Part shown: positions 1 through 9,205 of the stretch, piece after piece
How the letters are laid out: the number at the start of each line of letters is the position of its first letter
Numbering within the stretch: the first letter of the stretch is position 1
Assembly: GCA_018883245.1 (NCBI GenBank)
Contig: VEQL01000011.1
Coordinates: 2,720-66,719, forward strand
DNA length: 64,000 bases
Direction of reading: 5' to 3'
Source: Chthoniobacterales bacterium
GTDB lineage: Bacteria > Verrucomicrobiota > Verrucomicrobiia > Chthoniobacterales > JACTMZ01
Translations under genes and position numbers: made by a program
The notes under the pieces: generated by a model
The model's database searches: none
The model's input: the letters and a program-made list of their open reading frames with translations, nothing else
What the model was told of the DNA's origin: nothing

Positions 1-218
1 GGGGCATTCCGGAGATCGTGGAAGATGGCCAGACGGGAATTCTATTGGAGCCCGGCCATCCGGAACATCTGGCCGGTGGGCTGCAGACTTTGCTTGCAGA
101 CCGGCATGCGCGCCAAGTCATGGGCACCAAGGGCAGGGCGCGTTTCGTTGAGAAGTTTACTGCGAGCCAGTTCCAACGAAACATGGAATGCGCCCTCAAT
201 CGCGTGTGCGCCGCTTGA
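1..218 (+). CDS. Glycosyltransferase (GT-B fold, GT4-like), C-terminal fragment; the 5' end lies outside the window
   Basis: The frame is open from base 3 to the TGA at 216-218. It reads GIPEIVEDGQTGILLEPGHPEHLAGGLQTLL, the conserved C-terminal sugar-nucleotide-binding region of retaining GT-B glycosyltransferases. Confidence 0.7.
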   Translation, partial: GIPEIVEDGQTGILLEPGHPEHLAGGLQTLLADRHARQVMGTKGRARFVEKFTASQFQRNMECALNRVCAA

Positions 219-1405
219 GTTTCCAAAACGATTGCGCCGCACAAGCCCAGAAACACACACAGGTTCGATTGTCCATCAAACACTTCGTCGCAATTATCCA
301 GGAGAAACTGCCGCACTACCGCGCAGCTTTCTTCGATGAATTGCGCGCCCAACTTGCATCGCAGTGCGTTGCTCTGCGCGTTCTCTACTCTGCAGACTCC
401 GTTTCGCGCAACTTGCCCGCCGACTTACCATGGGCTGTGCCGGTGAAAATGCGGTGCGTGGCAGGTTTTGTCTGGCAAAGTGTCTTGGCGCAAACACGGG
501 GGCAGGACTTGGTCATTGTTCCCCAAGAGGTCAAATACGGCGCACTATACGTCCTGCTGGTGAGGCGATACCTTGGGAGACAGCAAAAGCTGGCTTTCTG
601 GGGGCACGGGCGCAATTTCCAGACGCGCAACCCGGATTCCTTGGCAGAGCGTTGGAAGCGCTTCGTATCTGGAAAAGTAGACTGGTGGTTCGCTTACAAT
701 GACTTGAGCGCGAGAATCGTCGAAAACATCGGTTTCCCGCAGGAACGAATCACGAATGTCGGAAATGCCATCGATACACGTTTTCTCCGCAGCGAGCGGG
801 AGAAAATGCCGGACCATGAATTGCTGCGGGTCAAAAAGGAACTCGGCCTCTCCTCGGAAAATATCGGAATCTTTGCCGGCGGGCTTTATCCGGACAAACG
901 CATTGCTTTCCTTATCGAGGCTTCCGCACGGGTGCGAGCTCTCGTTTCTGACTTCGAGCTGATCATCATCGGAAACGGTCCCGATCGTCATTTGGTGGAA
1001 GATGCTACACGGCGTTTTCCGTGGGTGCATTACGCGGGGGCCAAGAACGACAGCGAGAAAGTCCCTTACTGGGCGGCAGCCAAGCTGTTGCTGATGCCTG
1101 GTCTTGTGGGACTTGTTGTTTTGGATTCCTTCGCCCTAGGCACGCCTATGGTAACGACAGCATTTCCATACCACAGCCCGGAAATCGACTATCTCCACAA
1201 TGGTTTAAACGGTGTGATTGTCCAGGATTGGAAAAACGCGGAGGCCTACGCGTATTCTATTGCGGAATTGCTCCGAGACGACCGCAAACGTGAGTCGCTA
1301 GCGGCGAAGGGATACGAAGCGGCTGGCAAGTTCACGATCGAAAACATGGCCTCGAATTTTACCGCAGGAGTTCTGCGGGCTCTGCAAACTCCGAGGCGCA
1401 AGTAG
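188..1405 (+). CDS. Glycosyltransferase family 4-like (GT-B)
   Basis: 405-aa ORF. The C-terminal half reads IIIGNGPDRHLVEDATRRFPWVHYAGAKNDSEKVPYWAAAKLLLMPGLVGLVVLDSFALGTPMVTT...NGLNGVIV, typical of the Glycos_transf_1 domain. The 5' end overlaps the previous gene by 31 nt, so the start is uncertain. Confidence 0.75.
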   Translation: MRPQSRVRRLSFQNDCAAQAQKHTQVRLSIKHFVAIIQEKLPHYRAAFFDELRAQLASQCVALRVLYSADSVSRNLPADLPWAVPVKMRCVAGFVWQSVLAQTRGQDLVIVPQEVKYGALYVLLVRRYLGRQQKLAFWGHGRNFQTRNPDSLAERWKRFVSGKVDWWFAYNDLSARIVENIGFPQERITNVGNAIDTRFLRSEREKMPDHELLRVKKELGLSSENIGIFAGGLYPDKRIAFLIEASARVRALVSDFELIIIGNGPDRHLVEDATRRFPWVHYAGAKNDSEKVPYWAAAKLLLMPGLVGLVVLDSFALGTPMVTTAFPYHSPEIDYLHNGLNGVIVQDWKNAEAYAYSIAELLRDDRKRESLAAKGYEAAGKFTIENMASNFTAGVLRALQTPRRK

Positions 1406-1430
1406 CGGCGAACCCATCGAAAACAATGCC

Positions 1431-1465
1431 AACGCCGGGTTATCCCCCGGCGTTTTTGTTTTTTT
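1431..1465. terminator. Rho-independent terminator between convergent genes
   Basis: A 7-bp GC stem, CGCCGGG (1433-1439) pairing with CCCGGCG (1446-1452), has a 6-nt loop and is extended by AA/TT. It is followed by TTTTTGTTTTTTT (1453-1465). It lies 26 nt after the TAG at 1403-1405. Confidence 0.6.
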
Positions 1466-1487
1466 GCATGCAATCGATGCGATCAAA

Positions 1488-2963
1488 TCACAAACCAGTC
1501 CGTATTGCTCCAAGACTGTCGTCGTCACTCTTTTCCATTCGAGGATGCTCTCGCCGCCAAACCTCGAAACGGTAAGTGCCTGCATAGGACAATCTCGAAA
1601 GCACGTCGAGTAACGGAAACCGCGAAGGCGGTGCATCGCCCTGACGGAAAGCGCCGGCAAGTTTCCACGTGCCGCCGAGAAGTTGCAGAACTGTGTCTCG
1701 CTTCAGGTGATGGTGAGGATGCTCCGGCATGAGGACTAGCGCCTCGATGCCGTTTCTTTCGTCAGAAGTCAGCGCAGGCAGAACTGCATGCGTGTAAACA
1801 AGACGTTTGGAATGCTTGGCTGCAAAATAAGCTGCAGGATCGACAAACACGGCCGGCACATCATCCAGAGCGTTGTCGGTCCAGCGCTCCAGCGAATCAT
1901 GCTGGCGTGATGACATAAGATTCCAGTTCATGAGTGCCGCAAGGGGAAATCCTGCCAGCGAGGCAGCTACGAGCAGCAATACAACTCCCAAGCGCACTCC
2001 ACCGCGAAAACACGGATAGACAGCGGCGACGGCGGTGCAGGTGGGCAGCGCAGCGAGGAATCCGTAGTATTGGGGATATTTACTCAGAAGAAATAGCACC
2101 GCGGCAAGACCAGGACCGGCAGCCAATCCCGCGGCAGCCCAGTAGCGCTCGCGCCTTGGAATGCCGTGCTGAAGCACTGCAAGCACAAGCACGGCACTAC
2201 CCGTCCACAGCATGGGGTCGCGCCAACCGTGCCATTGCGCCATGCGGTTGGACCCCAATCCGAATGTGGAGCGGAGAAATATCTCAAGCACACCAGAATG
2301 AAAATAGATCCCGGCGAGAACCAGGAAGCCGGCCACCCCACCAGCCAGACACCAGACGAGCGAGCGCCACGGTTTTATCGAGGTGCCAAGCCACCAAACC
2401 AAACCGAATAATGAAAGAGTTACGGCGAACTGGAGTCCGGACAACGACGCCAAGACTCCCGACAAAAAGGCCGCAAGAGAACGCGCGTGTGAAGATGATA
2501 GTGTCTGACCCCACAGGGATAGTCCCAGAATCAATGCCGCGAGAGCCTCGGGGCGGATGTATTGCGAAGGCGCGGTGGCGTAGAGGCTCCCAAGCAAGAG
2601 CGCGACAAAGACCGCCTGTTGCGCGGGTGATTTGAACCATCCAGCACGGCGGCACCCGAGAATCCAGAAGGCGATGCCTGAGACGTAAAGCAACAGACTC
2701 AAGGCTCGAAGGCCCCACAAGGACGACAGCCCTGTCACTTTGACCCACGCGGCTGCGACCACGGCATAGAGCGGAACGTTGCAGGCCCATAACTGCTCGG
2801 GGCTTTGCCACCAAGCCGCACTGGTGAAACCGAGCCCGTCACACCAGCGCAACGCAGGGTCGATGTAGGCAGCCTCGTCACCCATGACGGCGCGAAAATC
2901 CCCGATCACGGCCAATAGAAATGCGGCATAGACCGCGAGAAGAATCCACGAAACCCAACGCAT
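1488..2963 (-). CDS. Polytopic GT-C type glycosyltransferase (ArnT/PMT_2-like)
   Basis: 491-aa ORF, hydrophobic throughout with many predicted TM helices. An N-terminal periplasmic-loop motif, VMGDEAAYIDPALRW, resembles the DE..Y motif of GT39/GT83 enzymes. It sits in a glycan-cluster context. Confidence 0.6.
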   Translation of the reverse strand: MRWVSWILLAVYAAFLLAVIGDFRAVMGDEAAYIDPALRWCDGLGFTSAAWWQSPEQLWACNVPLYAVVAAAWVKVTGLSSLWGLRALSLLLYVSGIAFWILGCRRAGWFKSPAQQAVFVALLLGSLYATAPSQYIRPEALAALILGLSLWGQTLSSSHARSLAAFLSGVLASLSGLQFAVTLSLFGLVWWLGTSIKPWRSLVWCLAGGVAGFLVLAGIYFHSGVLEIFLRSTFGLGSNRMAQWHGWRDPMLWTGSAVLVLAVLQHGIPRRERYWAAAGLAAGPGLAAVLFLLSKYPQYYGFLAALPTCTAVAAVYPCFRGGVRLGVVLLLVAASLAGFPLAALMNWNLMSSRQHDSLERWTDNALDDVPAVFVDPAAYFAAKHSKRLVYTHAVLPALTSDERNGIEALVLMPEHPHHHLKRDTVLQLLGGTWKLAGAFRQGDAPPSRFPLLDVLSRLSYAGTYRFEVWRREHPRMEKSDDDSLGAIRTGL

Positions 2964-3059
2964 GCGTTCGCAGGATACCTGCCCGCAATCTTCAACCGCA
3001 AGATAGCGGGATCGAATGTATCACTTGCACTCCGTATCCAGCGGCACAACCCTAATGGC

Positions 3060-4391
3060 ATGAAATCCTTTGCGGTGGTTATGGTGCACGCCGCCATGCT
3101 CATCGGAACAACAGCTACCTCGCCCGCTCAATCACAGATCCTTCTGCGTTCAAGCACGGGATCGGGCCAAGGAGTTCCCGCCGAGTTTTATCAAAAGCTG
3201 GCTCTCGGAGTCAGCACGAACGGATACGAGTGGCACTGGATTTACACCAAACCTACACTGACAAACTTCTGCCGCGATGCATCTATCATTCGCTTCAATG
3301 GCGAATTCATCAGCGTCTATACGGACGCCTTCGAAAGCACTAATGGCACTTTCGGGATCGCCCGCAGCACGGATTTGGTCAATTGGACCGCGACAAACGT
3401 CAAACTGGCTGGTGCCGCCATGACCAATACGCCGAACAACACATGGGCACCCGAGTGGTTTGTGGAGGACGGCCAGTATTACGTTCTTGTCCGGTCATCC
3501 CAGACTCGGAGTAACAACTACGGGGCGCCCGGCATCTGTTACTTGGAGTGCAAGGATCCCGGAACTTGGACCAATTGGAGCGACTTCAACGTGCTGCCCG
3601 GGCCGAGAAGCAACGAGAACGATCCTTTTCTGCTGAAGGTGGGCTCCACATATCATTTGTTCACCGATGACGGCGGCAATACCGGCACAGGCAACATACT
3701 TCACCGGGTCAGCACGACGGGCGCCTTCGCAGGATACGGCGAACCTGTCGTGGTGAGCACCAACTTCAGGCAGGCGGCAGCCCTTACAAATTCAGCAGCT
3801 TGGTGGAGTGCAACGCCTTTCGAGGGTCAATTCGTCCTTCCTCTCGGCGGCGACAGTTACCGCCTCTACTTCCAAGCGACCTGGTGGGACAACTCCTTCG
3901 CTATCGAGTCAACGAATGGGATGCAAACATGGGAGATCTCGACCATGCGACAACTGACATACAACGGGCTTGCAGCTTACGGGCACGGTTCGGTGATGAC
4001 CATGAATGGCTCTGAGACTGTTGTTCCACTCGCCGCCTTGGCAAAACGCGCGGACGACGCTGTCATTCAAGTCCAAACCATCCAGTCAGACATCAATTCC
4101 AACAATCTCTTCACCGGTGCTCAATATACCAACAACCGTTTTGCCGGACGCGCCGATGTGTTGGGAGATCCTGTCGTTTACGGGCTCTACACAAGCAGTT
4201 CCATCACCGACCTTAATCTCGGCGGCGTGATGCTGCAAAAGTCAGGCAACAACGCCACCATAAGCTTGCAAATCCAGACCACGACGAATCTTTCGATGCC
4301 ATTCACCAACAGCGGCGCACCTGTTTCATTGCCTGTTGATCTTTCCGGCGATAAACACTTCTTGCGCGTCCGAGCCCTCAGTCCGCAGTGA
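3060..4391 (+). CDS. Secreted GH43-like five-bladed beta-propeller glycoside hydrolase with an unassigned C-terminal domain
   Basis: The N-terminus is signal-like (MKSFAVVMVHAAMLIGTTATSPAQS). Repeated blade motifs are CRDASIIRFNGEFISVYT, NNTWAPEWFVEDGQYYVLV, NENDPFLLKVGSTYHLFT and FEGQFVLPLGGDSYRLYF. The family assignment was made by eye. Confidence 0.55.
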   Translation: MKSFAVVMVHAAMLIGTTATSPAQSQILLRSSTGSGQGVPAEFYQKLALGVSTNGYEWHWIYTKPTLTNFCRDASIIRFNGEFISVYTDAFESTNGTFGIARSTDLVNWTATNVKLAGAAMTNTPNNTWAPEWFVEDGQYYVLVRSSQTRSNNYGAPGICYLECKDPGTWTNWSDFNVLPGPRSNENDPFLLKVGSTYHLFTDDGGNTGTGNILHRVSTTGAFAGYGEPVVVSTNFRQAAALTNSAAWWSATPFEGQFVLPLGGDSYRLYFQATWWDNSFAIESTNGMQTWEISTMRQLTYNGLAAYGHGSVMTMNGSETVVPLAALAKRADDAVIQVQTIQSDINSNNLFTGAQYTNNRFAGRADVLGDPVVYGLYTSSSITDLNLGGVMLQKSGNNATISLQIQTTTNLSMPFTNSGAPVSLPVDLSGDKHFLRVRALSPQ

Positions 4392-4432
4392 TACAGCTCC
4401 ACAGAGGGAGTTTTGCACCAGGAATAAACCTG

Positions 4433-7162
4433 CTACATGGAGAGAAAATCGCGGGCGGCGGCTAAAGCCGCAGGCAATCCGGAGGGATCTTTGCCGGCAC
4501 CGCGGGCGGATTCAGGGCGGCCGCCGCCTTTGCCGCCGACGTGCGGGGCGATGGTCTGGATGATTTTGCCGGCAGAAATTTTAGCCGTGTGATGTTTGCC
4601 GACGGTTGCGACAAGGGAGACGGTTCCTTCCGAAACACCGGAAAGAACGACAACACCGTCGAACTTGCTCTTCAAAGCATCGGCAGCCGCTTGGAGTGTG
4701 TCACCGTCTGCCGGCCCGAGGTCTGCAATGATCGCCGGAACACCGCCGATAACTTCCTGGTTCGACAGAAGATCACCAGCTTGGGCGGTTGCCTCGCGCT
4801 GACGCGCCGACTTGAGAGCTTTTTCGGTTTCTTTCTGTTGTGCGAGAAAGGCATCGAGTTTCTTTTCGAGATCGGCGAGCGGTGATCCCAACTTTGCAGC
4901 GATGGATTTGAGGCGCTCGCGTTCGGACTCGGCCATGCGACGGGCTTCCGCACCGGCTACGGCCTCGATACGACGGATTCCGGCTGCCACAGCCGCCTCG
5001 CTTGTGATGCGGAAGAGGCCGATCTCGCCGGTGCCGCGCACGTGGGTTCCGCCGCACAGCTCCATGCTGTATCCATCGAATGTTCCGGGCGTGCCGCCGA
5101 TCTGGACCACACGCACACGATCGCCGTATTTGTCACCGAAGAACTGCATGACGTCAGCACGCCCGCGCACATCGGCGTAGGCAGCTTCCGTCCAAGCCAC
5201 CGGTGCATTCTCCAGAATCTTTTCGTTCACCAGGCGCTCGACAGCCGCGACTTGCTCCGGGGCGAGCGCCGCGCTGCTGAAATCGAAGGTAAGCTTGTCG
5301 GGCCCGACATAGCTGCCCTTTTGCACAGCCTCGGGGCCAACGATTTCATGCAATGCCCAATGAAGAATGTGGGTGACTGTGTGATGACGCTGGATGGCGG
5401 CACGGCGCGCATCATCGACATGAAGTTCCACTTCGCCTCCGGCTTCGGGCGCCTCTTCACCTTCAAGGATGTGAAGCCAGACGTCACCGGCTTTCTGCGT
5501 GTTGCCGACACGCCAGAGATTCGAGCCTGAGCGCAATTCGCCGGTGTCGCCGACCTGTCCGCCCATTTCCGCGTAGCAAGTGCTGGCGTCCAGGACAACG
5601 GCCAGCTTGCCCTTGAGATCGACGACTTCGAGCACCTTGGCGCGCACCGTCAGTTCGTCATAGCCCGTGAATCGTGTGGCTGCCTTGGTCGAAATCTCCG
5701 AGACCGCAATGACTTCTTTTTTCTGGGCGGAGCGGGCGCGGGCGCGCTGTTGCTCCATGAGTTTTTCAAATCCGCCGGTATCGACCGCGAGTGCGCGCTC
5801 GCGCGCCATCAACTCCGTGAGATCGAGAGGAAATCCCTGTTCGTCATAGAGCCTGAATGCAAAGGCGCCGGAAATTTTCCCGCCGGCTTCCATTTTCGCG
5901 GTCTCGGCGTCAAATAGCGCGATACCTTTGTCGAGCGTTCGGTTGAAGGCTTCTTCCTCGCCGCGCAGCACTTGCTCGACGTGCGCCTGCTTGGCGCGCA
6001 ATTCGGGAAAGACATCACCCATCGTCTGGGCCAACACACCGACGAGTTTATGGAAAAAGGGCTGGTGAAATCCGAGCGTGCGGCCGTAGCGGACAGCTCG
6101 GCGCAGGATGCGGCGCAGCACGTAGTTGCGGTCGTTGTTTCCCGGCGAGATACCGTCGGCAACGGCAAAGCTGAGTGTGCGCGCATGGTCGGCAATAACA
6201 CGGAAGGCGATGTCTATTTTTTCCTGCCCAGTGTGCCCGGTCGATCCGGCTTCGGGCAGCGTCGAACCGTATTTTTTCCCGCTGAGTTTTTCGATTTCGG
6301 CAAAGAGCGGGCGGAACACATCCGTTTCGTAATTCGAAATGCGCGCGTTGGAAAAATCGGTGAAGCCCTTCGTGCCCTGGACCACCGAACAAACGCGCTC
6401 GAAGCCCATGCCGGTATCGACATGGCGCGCGGGCAGCGGCGTGAATGTGCCGTCGGGGTTGGCATTGAACTGGATGAAGACGAGGTTCCAGATCTCGATG
6501 CACTCGGCGGTGCCCTTGTTGACCAGCGCTCCATGCGTATCGCCCTGGGGAGTAAGATCGACATGAACTTCGGAGCACGGACCGCAGGGCCCGGTGTCGC
6601 CCATCATCCAAAAGTTGTCCTTTTTGTCGCCGCGCACGATATGAACCGCGGGGTCCAGTCCTGCGGCACGGAAGTGCTCGGCCCAATAGTTCCACGCTTC
6701 CTGATCGAACTCGCTCGGGTCACCGGGCCCGGGCGAATAGACCGTGGCATAAAGCCGCGCCGGCGGAAACTTCCAGCGATCGACGAGCAACTCCCACGCC
6801 CACGCGATGGCTTCCTTTTTGAAATAGTCGCCGAAGCTCCAGTTCCCGAGCATTTCGAAGAACGTGTGGTGGTAGGTGTCGAGACCGACGTCCTCGAGGT
6901 CGTTGTGCTTGCCGCCGGCACGGATGCATTTCTGCGTATCGGCCGCGCGGGTATCGGACCCGGCCGTCACGCCGGGCCACCGCGAGAGATCGGCTTTGGC
7001 TTTGCCGAGAAAAATCGGAACGAACTGGTTCATTCCGGCGTTGGTGAAAAGCAGGTTGGGCGAGTCCGGAAGCAGGCTCGACGAGGGGACGATCGTGTGT
7101 TGCTTCTCCCGGAAGAAATCGAGGAAGCTGCGGCGGATTTCGGTGCTGGAAAGGGCGGTCAT
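4433..7162 (-). CDS. alaS: Alanine--tRNA ligase
   Basis: 909 aa. Motifs: FTNAGMNQFVPIFLG, HHTFFEMLGNWSFGDYFK, the editing-domain HTVTHILHWAL and the C-terminal DHHA1-like GGKGGGRPESARG. Confidence 0.97.
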   Translation of the reverse strand: MTALSSTEIRRSFLDFFREKQHTIVPSSSLLPDSPNLLFTNAGMNQFVPIFLGKAKADLSRWPGVTAGSDTRAADTQKCIRAGGKHNDLEDVGLDTYHHTFFEMLGNWSFGDYFKKEAIAWAWELLVDRWKFPPARLYATVYSPGPGDPSEFDQEAWNYWAEHFRAAGLDPAVHIVRGDKKDNFWMMGDTGPCGPCSEVHVDLTPQGDTHGALVNKGTAECIEIWNLVFIQFNANPDGTFTPLPARHVDTGMGFERVCSVVQGTKGFTDFSNARISNYETDVFRPLFAEIEKLSGKKYGSTLPEAGSTGHTGQEKIDIAFRVIADHARTLSFAVADGISPGNNDRNYVLRRILRRAVRYGRTLGFHQPFFHKLVGVLAQTMGDVFPELRAKQAHVEQVLRGEEEAFNRTLDKGIALFDAETAKMEAGGKISGAFAFRLYDEQGFPLDLTELMARERALAVDTGGFEKLMEQQRARARSAQKKEVIAVSEISTKAATRFTGYDELTVRAKVLEVVDLKGKLAVVLDASTCYAEMGGQVGDTGELRSGSNLWRVGNTQKAGDVWLHILEGEEAPEAGGEVELHVDDARRAAIQRHHTVTHILHWALHEIVGPEAVQKGSYVGPDKLTFDFSSAALAPEQVAAVERLVNEKILENAPVAWTEAAYADVRGRADVMQFFGDKYGDRVRVVQIGGTPGTFDGYSMELCGGTHVRGTGEIGLFRITSEAAVAAGIRRIEAVAGAEARRMAESERERLKSIAAKLGSPLADLEKKLDAFLAQQKETEKALKSARQREATAQAGDLLSNQEVIGGVPAIIADLGPADGDTLQAAADALKSKFDGVVVLSGVSEGTVSLVATVGKHHTAKISAGKIIQTIAPHVGGKGGGRPESARGAGKDPSGLPAALAAARDFLSM

Positions 7163-7276
7163 TGCTTCGCGGAAAAGACGCTTACTCTAACGCCCCGCGC
7201 CGGATGGACAAGAACGCGCGCGGCGCTTGGGCTTGGGAATGCCATGTGTTAGGCTAATCTCCTGACTCGCAAAAAA

Positions 7277-9205
7277 ATGCCTTCCAACGAACTCAAGCCA
7301 TACCGCTGGTTCAACACGATCTTGTGGGGCAACACCGTCGCCCTTTCCTGGATGTGGGGCCTCGGGTTGTTTTTCTCCGTCCAGTTCACCACGCAATTCG
7401 GGCTGCCGGGGCTTTTGAGCTTTGCCATCCCGAACTGTCTCGGTCTTTTCGGGTTCGGCTTTATCACGCATCACCTGGCGCGCAGGCAGGAGGGAGGCTC
7501 GGAATCGCTCGCGCGGTTTTTCGGCGGATGGTCGCGTCCATTCCGTCTGATTTTTTTCCTCTACCAGCTTCTGGCCATCACGCTCACGATTTTCGCGCTG
7601 ATCCGCTACGGGTGGATGCCATTGGGCCTGGAGCCCGGGGTGCTGTATCTGCCGCTCATCCTGTTGGTGATTCTCGCGGCGGCGATACTCTTCGGCGAAG
7701 AGTTCAACATCCGCCGCATCAAGTGGAGCCACGGCGTGATTTTCCTCATCCTCGCCACCGCAATCGCAATTCTCTGGTCGGCTCCGTGGCAGATTTCCGG
7801 CGGAGCGCCCGGTGTCGCGGTGGAGAAACTGCCCACGGACGATTGGAACTACTGGGGCTACATGATCCCGATCTGCATCGGGTTCCTGCTCGGACCCTGG
7901 CTCGACCTGCAGCAATGGCAGCGCGCCATCCAGATGCACCGGGAGCGCGTGTCGGTGGCCGCGGCCTATCTCATTGGTGGCTCGCAATTTTTCCTGCTCC
8001 TGCTTTTTCACGGCTTTCTCGCGCTGTGGGCATTGGGCGCGGGGGCGGACCAGCACCTGCATGCTGGTCTGGGCGGGCACATTTACGGCCATGACTCGGT
8101 GATGCGTCTGCTTTTCAGCAAAGCCTCGGAGCATCCGTGGATTTTCGGCGCCTATTGCGTGTTCCTTTGCGGGTGCGTGCTGACGACCCTCGATAGCGGC
8201 TACATCGCGCTGCGCTGGTTCCTGCAGAGCAACGTGCGCACGAGCGTGAATGCCATTTTCGCCCTGATCCCGACGTCGCTTGTCACTTCGCCGATCCCCG
8301 TCCTCCTTTTCTGCGGTATCGTCGCCTTGGCGGGTGCAGCGCTCGGTCTCGAGTTGGAATATTTCATGATTTTCTACGCGACGTTTTTCGTCGGCTATTC
8401 GGCGCTGGCCGTGGCGCGCTGCTTCGTCAACACGCCGGCGAACCGTATTCCGCAGATCAAAATGTTCTGCATCGGGAGCTTGGCCGTCGTCATTTTCGCC
8501 TTCGGCTACCTGCTGGCCTATCCGGCGTTCATGATCATCGGCTCACTTTTGCCGCTCGGCTATGTCGTCTGGACGTTGTGCAAACCGACTTCGGCTGAGG
8601 AATTCGTCAGCGATGCCGACCAGCTCGGCGCGCCCGCCGACGAGATGGCGCCGATGGCCGCGCCCTCGCGCCCTGCGGAAGCAGCAGTGGTTGCACCGCG
8701 CGCGACACTCGCGGAAACAGTGGCAGAGACCGCCGCGGCGATCGGCGACGCGGCCAAGTCCCTCGTAGGGGCCGTGCAGCATCCGCTGGGCGGACACTTC
8801 GACGGAAAGTGGTTCGTCCATTCCTTCGTCGCCACTTATGCGGACACCAACTCGGTGGGCAACGTTTATTTCGGAATGTATGCAATGTGGGTAGGCAAGA
8901 CACGCGAACTGTTCTTCAACCGCGTGATGCCGAAGTTCAACCTCAAGAACACGCCTTTCTACATCCTCACCCGCTCGTTCGAGCACAAGTTCGTGCGCGA
9001 GACGCGCGAGTTCGAGACCGTGAGCGTGCGCATCCGAATCGCGGGCTACAACCGGAAGTTCGTCACCTTGGAGCACGAGATTTATGACTCGGCCCACCAA
9101 CTTCTCGGCAAAGGCCAGCAAAGCCTGCTTTTCGTTGATTCGACGGACTACAAGATGATCGATGTGCCGGCCGAAGTGCACACGGCCTTTCTCCCCTACG
9201 TTTAA
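7277..9205 (+). CDS. Fusion protein: about 440-aa polytopic membrane domain, Ala/Pro-rich linker, and C-terminal 4HBT/YbgC-type hotdog acyl-CoA thioesterase
   Basis: 642-aa ORF. The N-terminal part has roughly 10-12 hydrophobic segments (WGLGLFFSVQF..., LLVILAAAILFG..., IFYATFFVGYSALAV...). The C-terminus reads FVATYADTNSVGNVYFGMYAMWVGKTRELFF...SVRIRIAGYNRKFVTLEHEIY, typical of hotdog thioesterases with a catalytic Asp. Confidence 0.7.
   Translation: MPSNELKPYRWFNTILWGNTVALSWMWGLGLFFSVQFTTQFGLPGLLSFAIPNCLGLFGFGFITHHLARRQEGGSESLARFFGGWSRPFRLIFFLYQLLAITLTIFALIRYGWMPLGLEPGVLYLPLILLVILAAAILFGEEFNIRRIKWSHGVIFLILATAIAILWSAPWQISGGAPGVAVEKLPTDDWNYWGYMIPICIGFLLGPWLDLQQWQRAIQMHRERVSVAAAYLIGGSQFFLLLLFHGFLALWALGAGADQHLHAGLGGHIYGHDSVMRLLFSKASEHPWIFGAYCVFLCGCVLTTLDSGYIALRWFLQSNVRTSVNAIFALIPTSLVTSPIPVLLFCGIVALAGAALGLELEYFMIFYATFFVGYSALAVARCFVNTPANRIPQIKMFCIGSLAVVIFAFGYLLAYPAFMIIGSLLPLGYVVWTLCKPTSAEEFVSDADQLGAPADEMAPMAAPSRPAEAAVVAPRATLAETVAETAAAIGDAAKSLVGAVQHPLGGHFDGKWFVHSFVATYADTNSVGNVYFGMYAMWVGKTRELFFNRVMPKFNLKNTPFYILTRSFEHKFVRETREFETVSVRIRIAGYNRKFVTLEHEIYDSAHQLLGKGQQSLLFVDSTDYKMIDVPAEVHTAFLPYV

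Noticed and set aside
5972-7252. Long antisense or alternate-frame ORFs opposite or over alaS. The same phenomenon occurs at 11013..12737 (opposite GH57), 15780..17192 (opposite ribBA), 7187..8134, 22741..23619 and 54803..55912.
   Set aside because: All overlap strongly supported genes and show Arg/Gly/Pro-biased low-complexity translations. None has a family motif.
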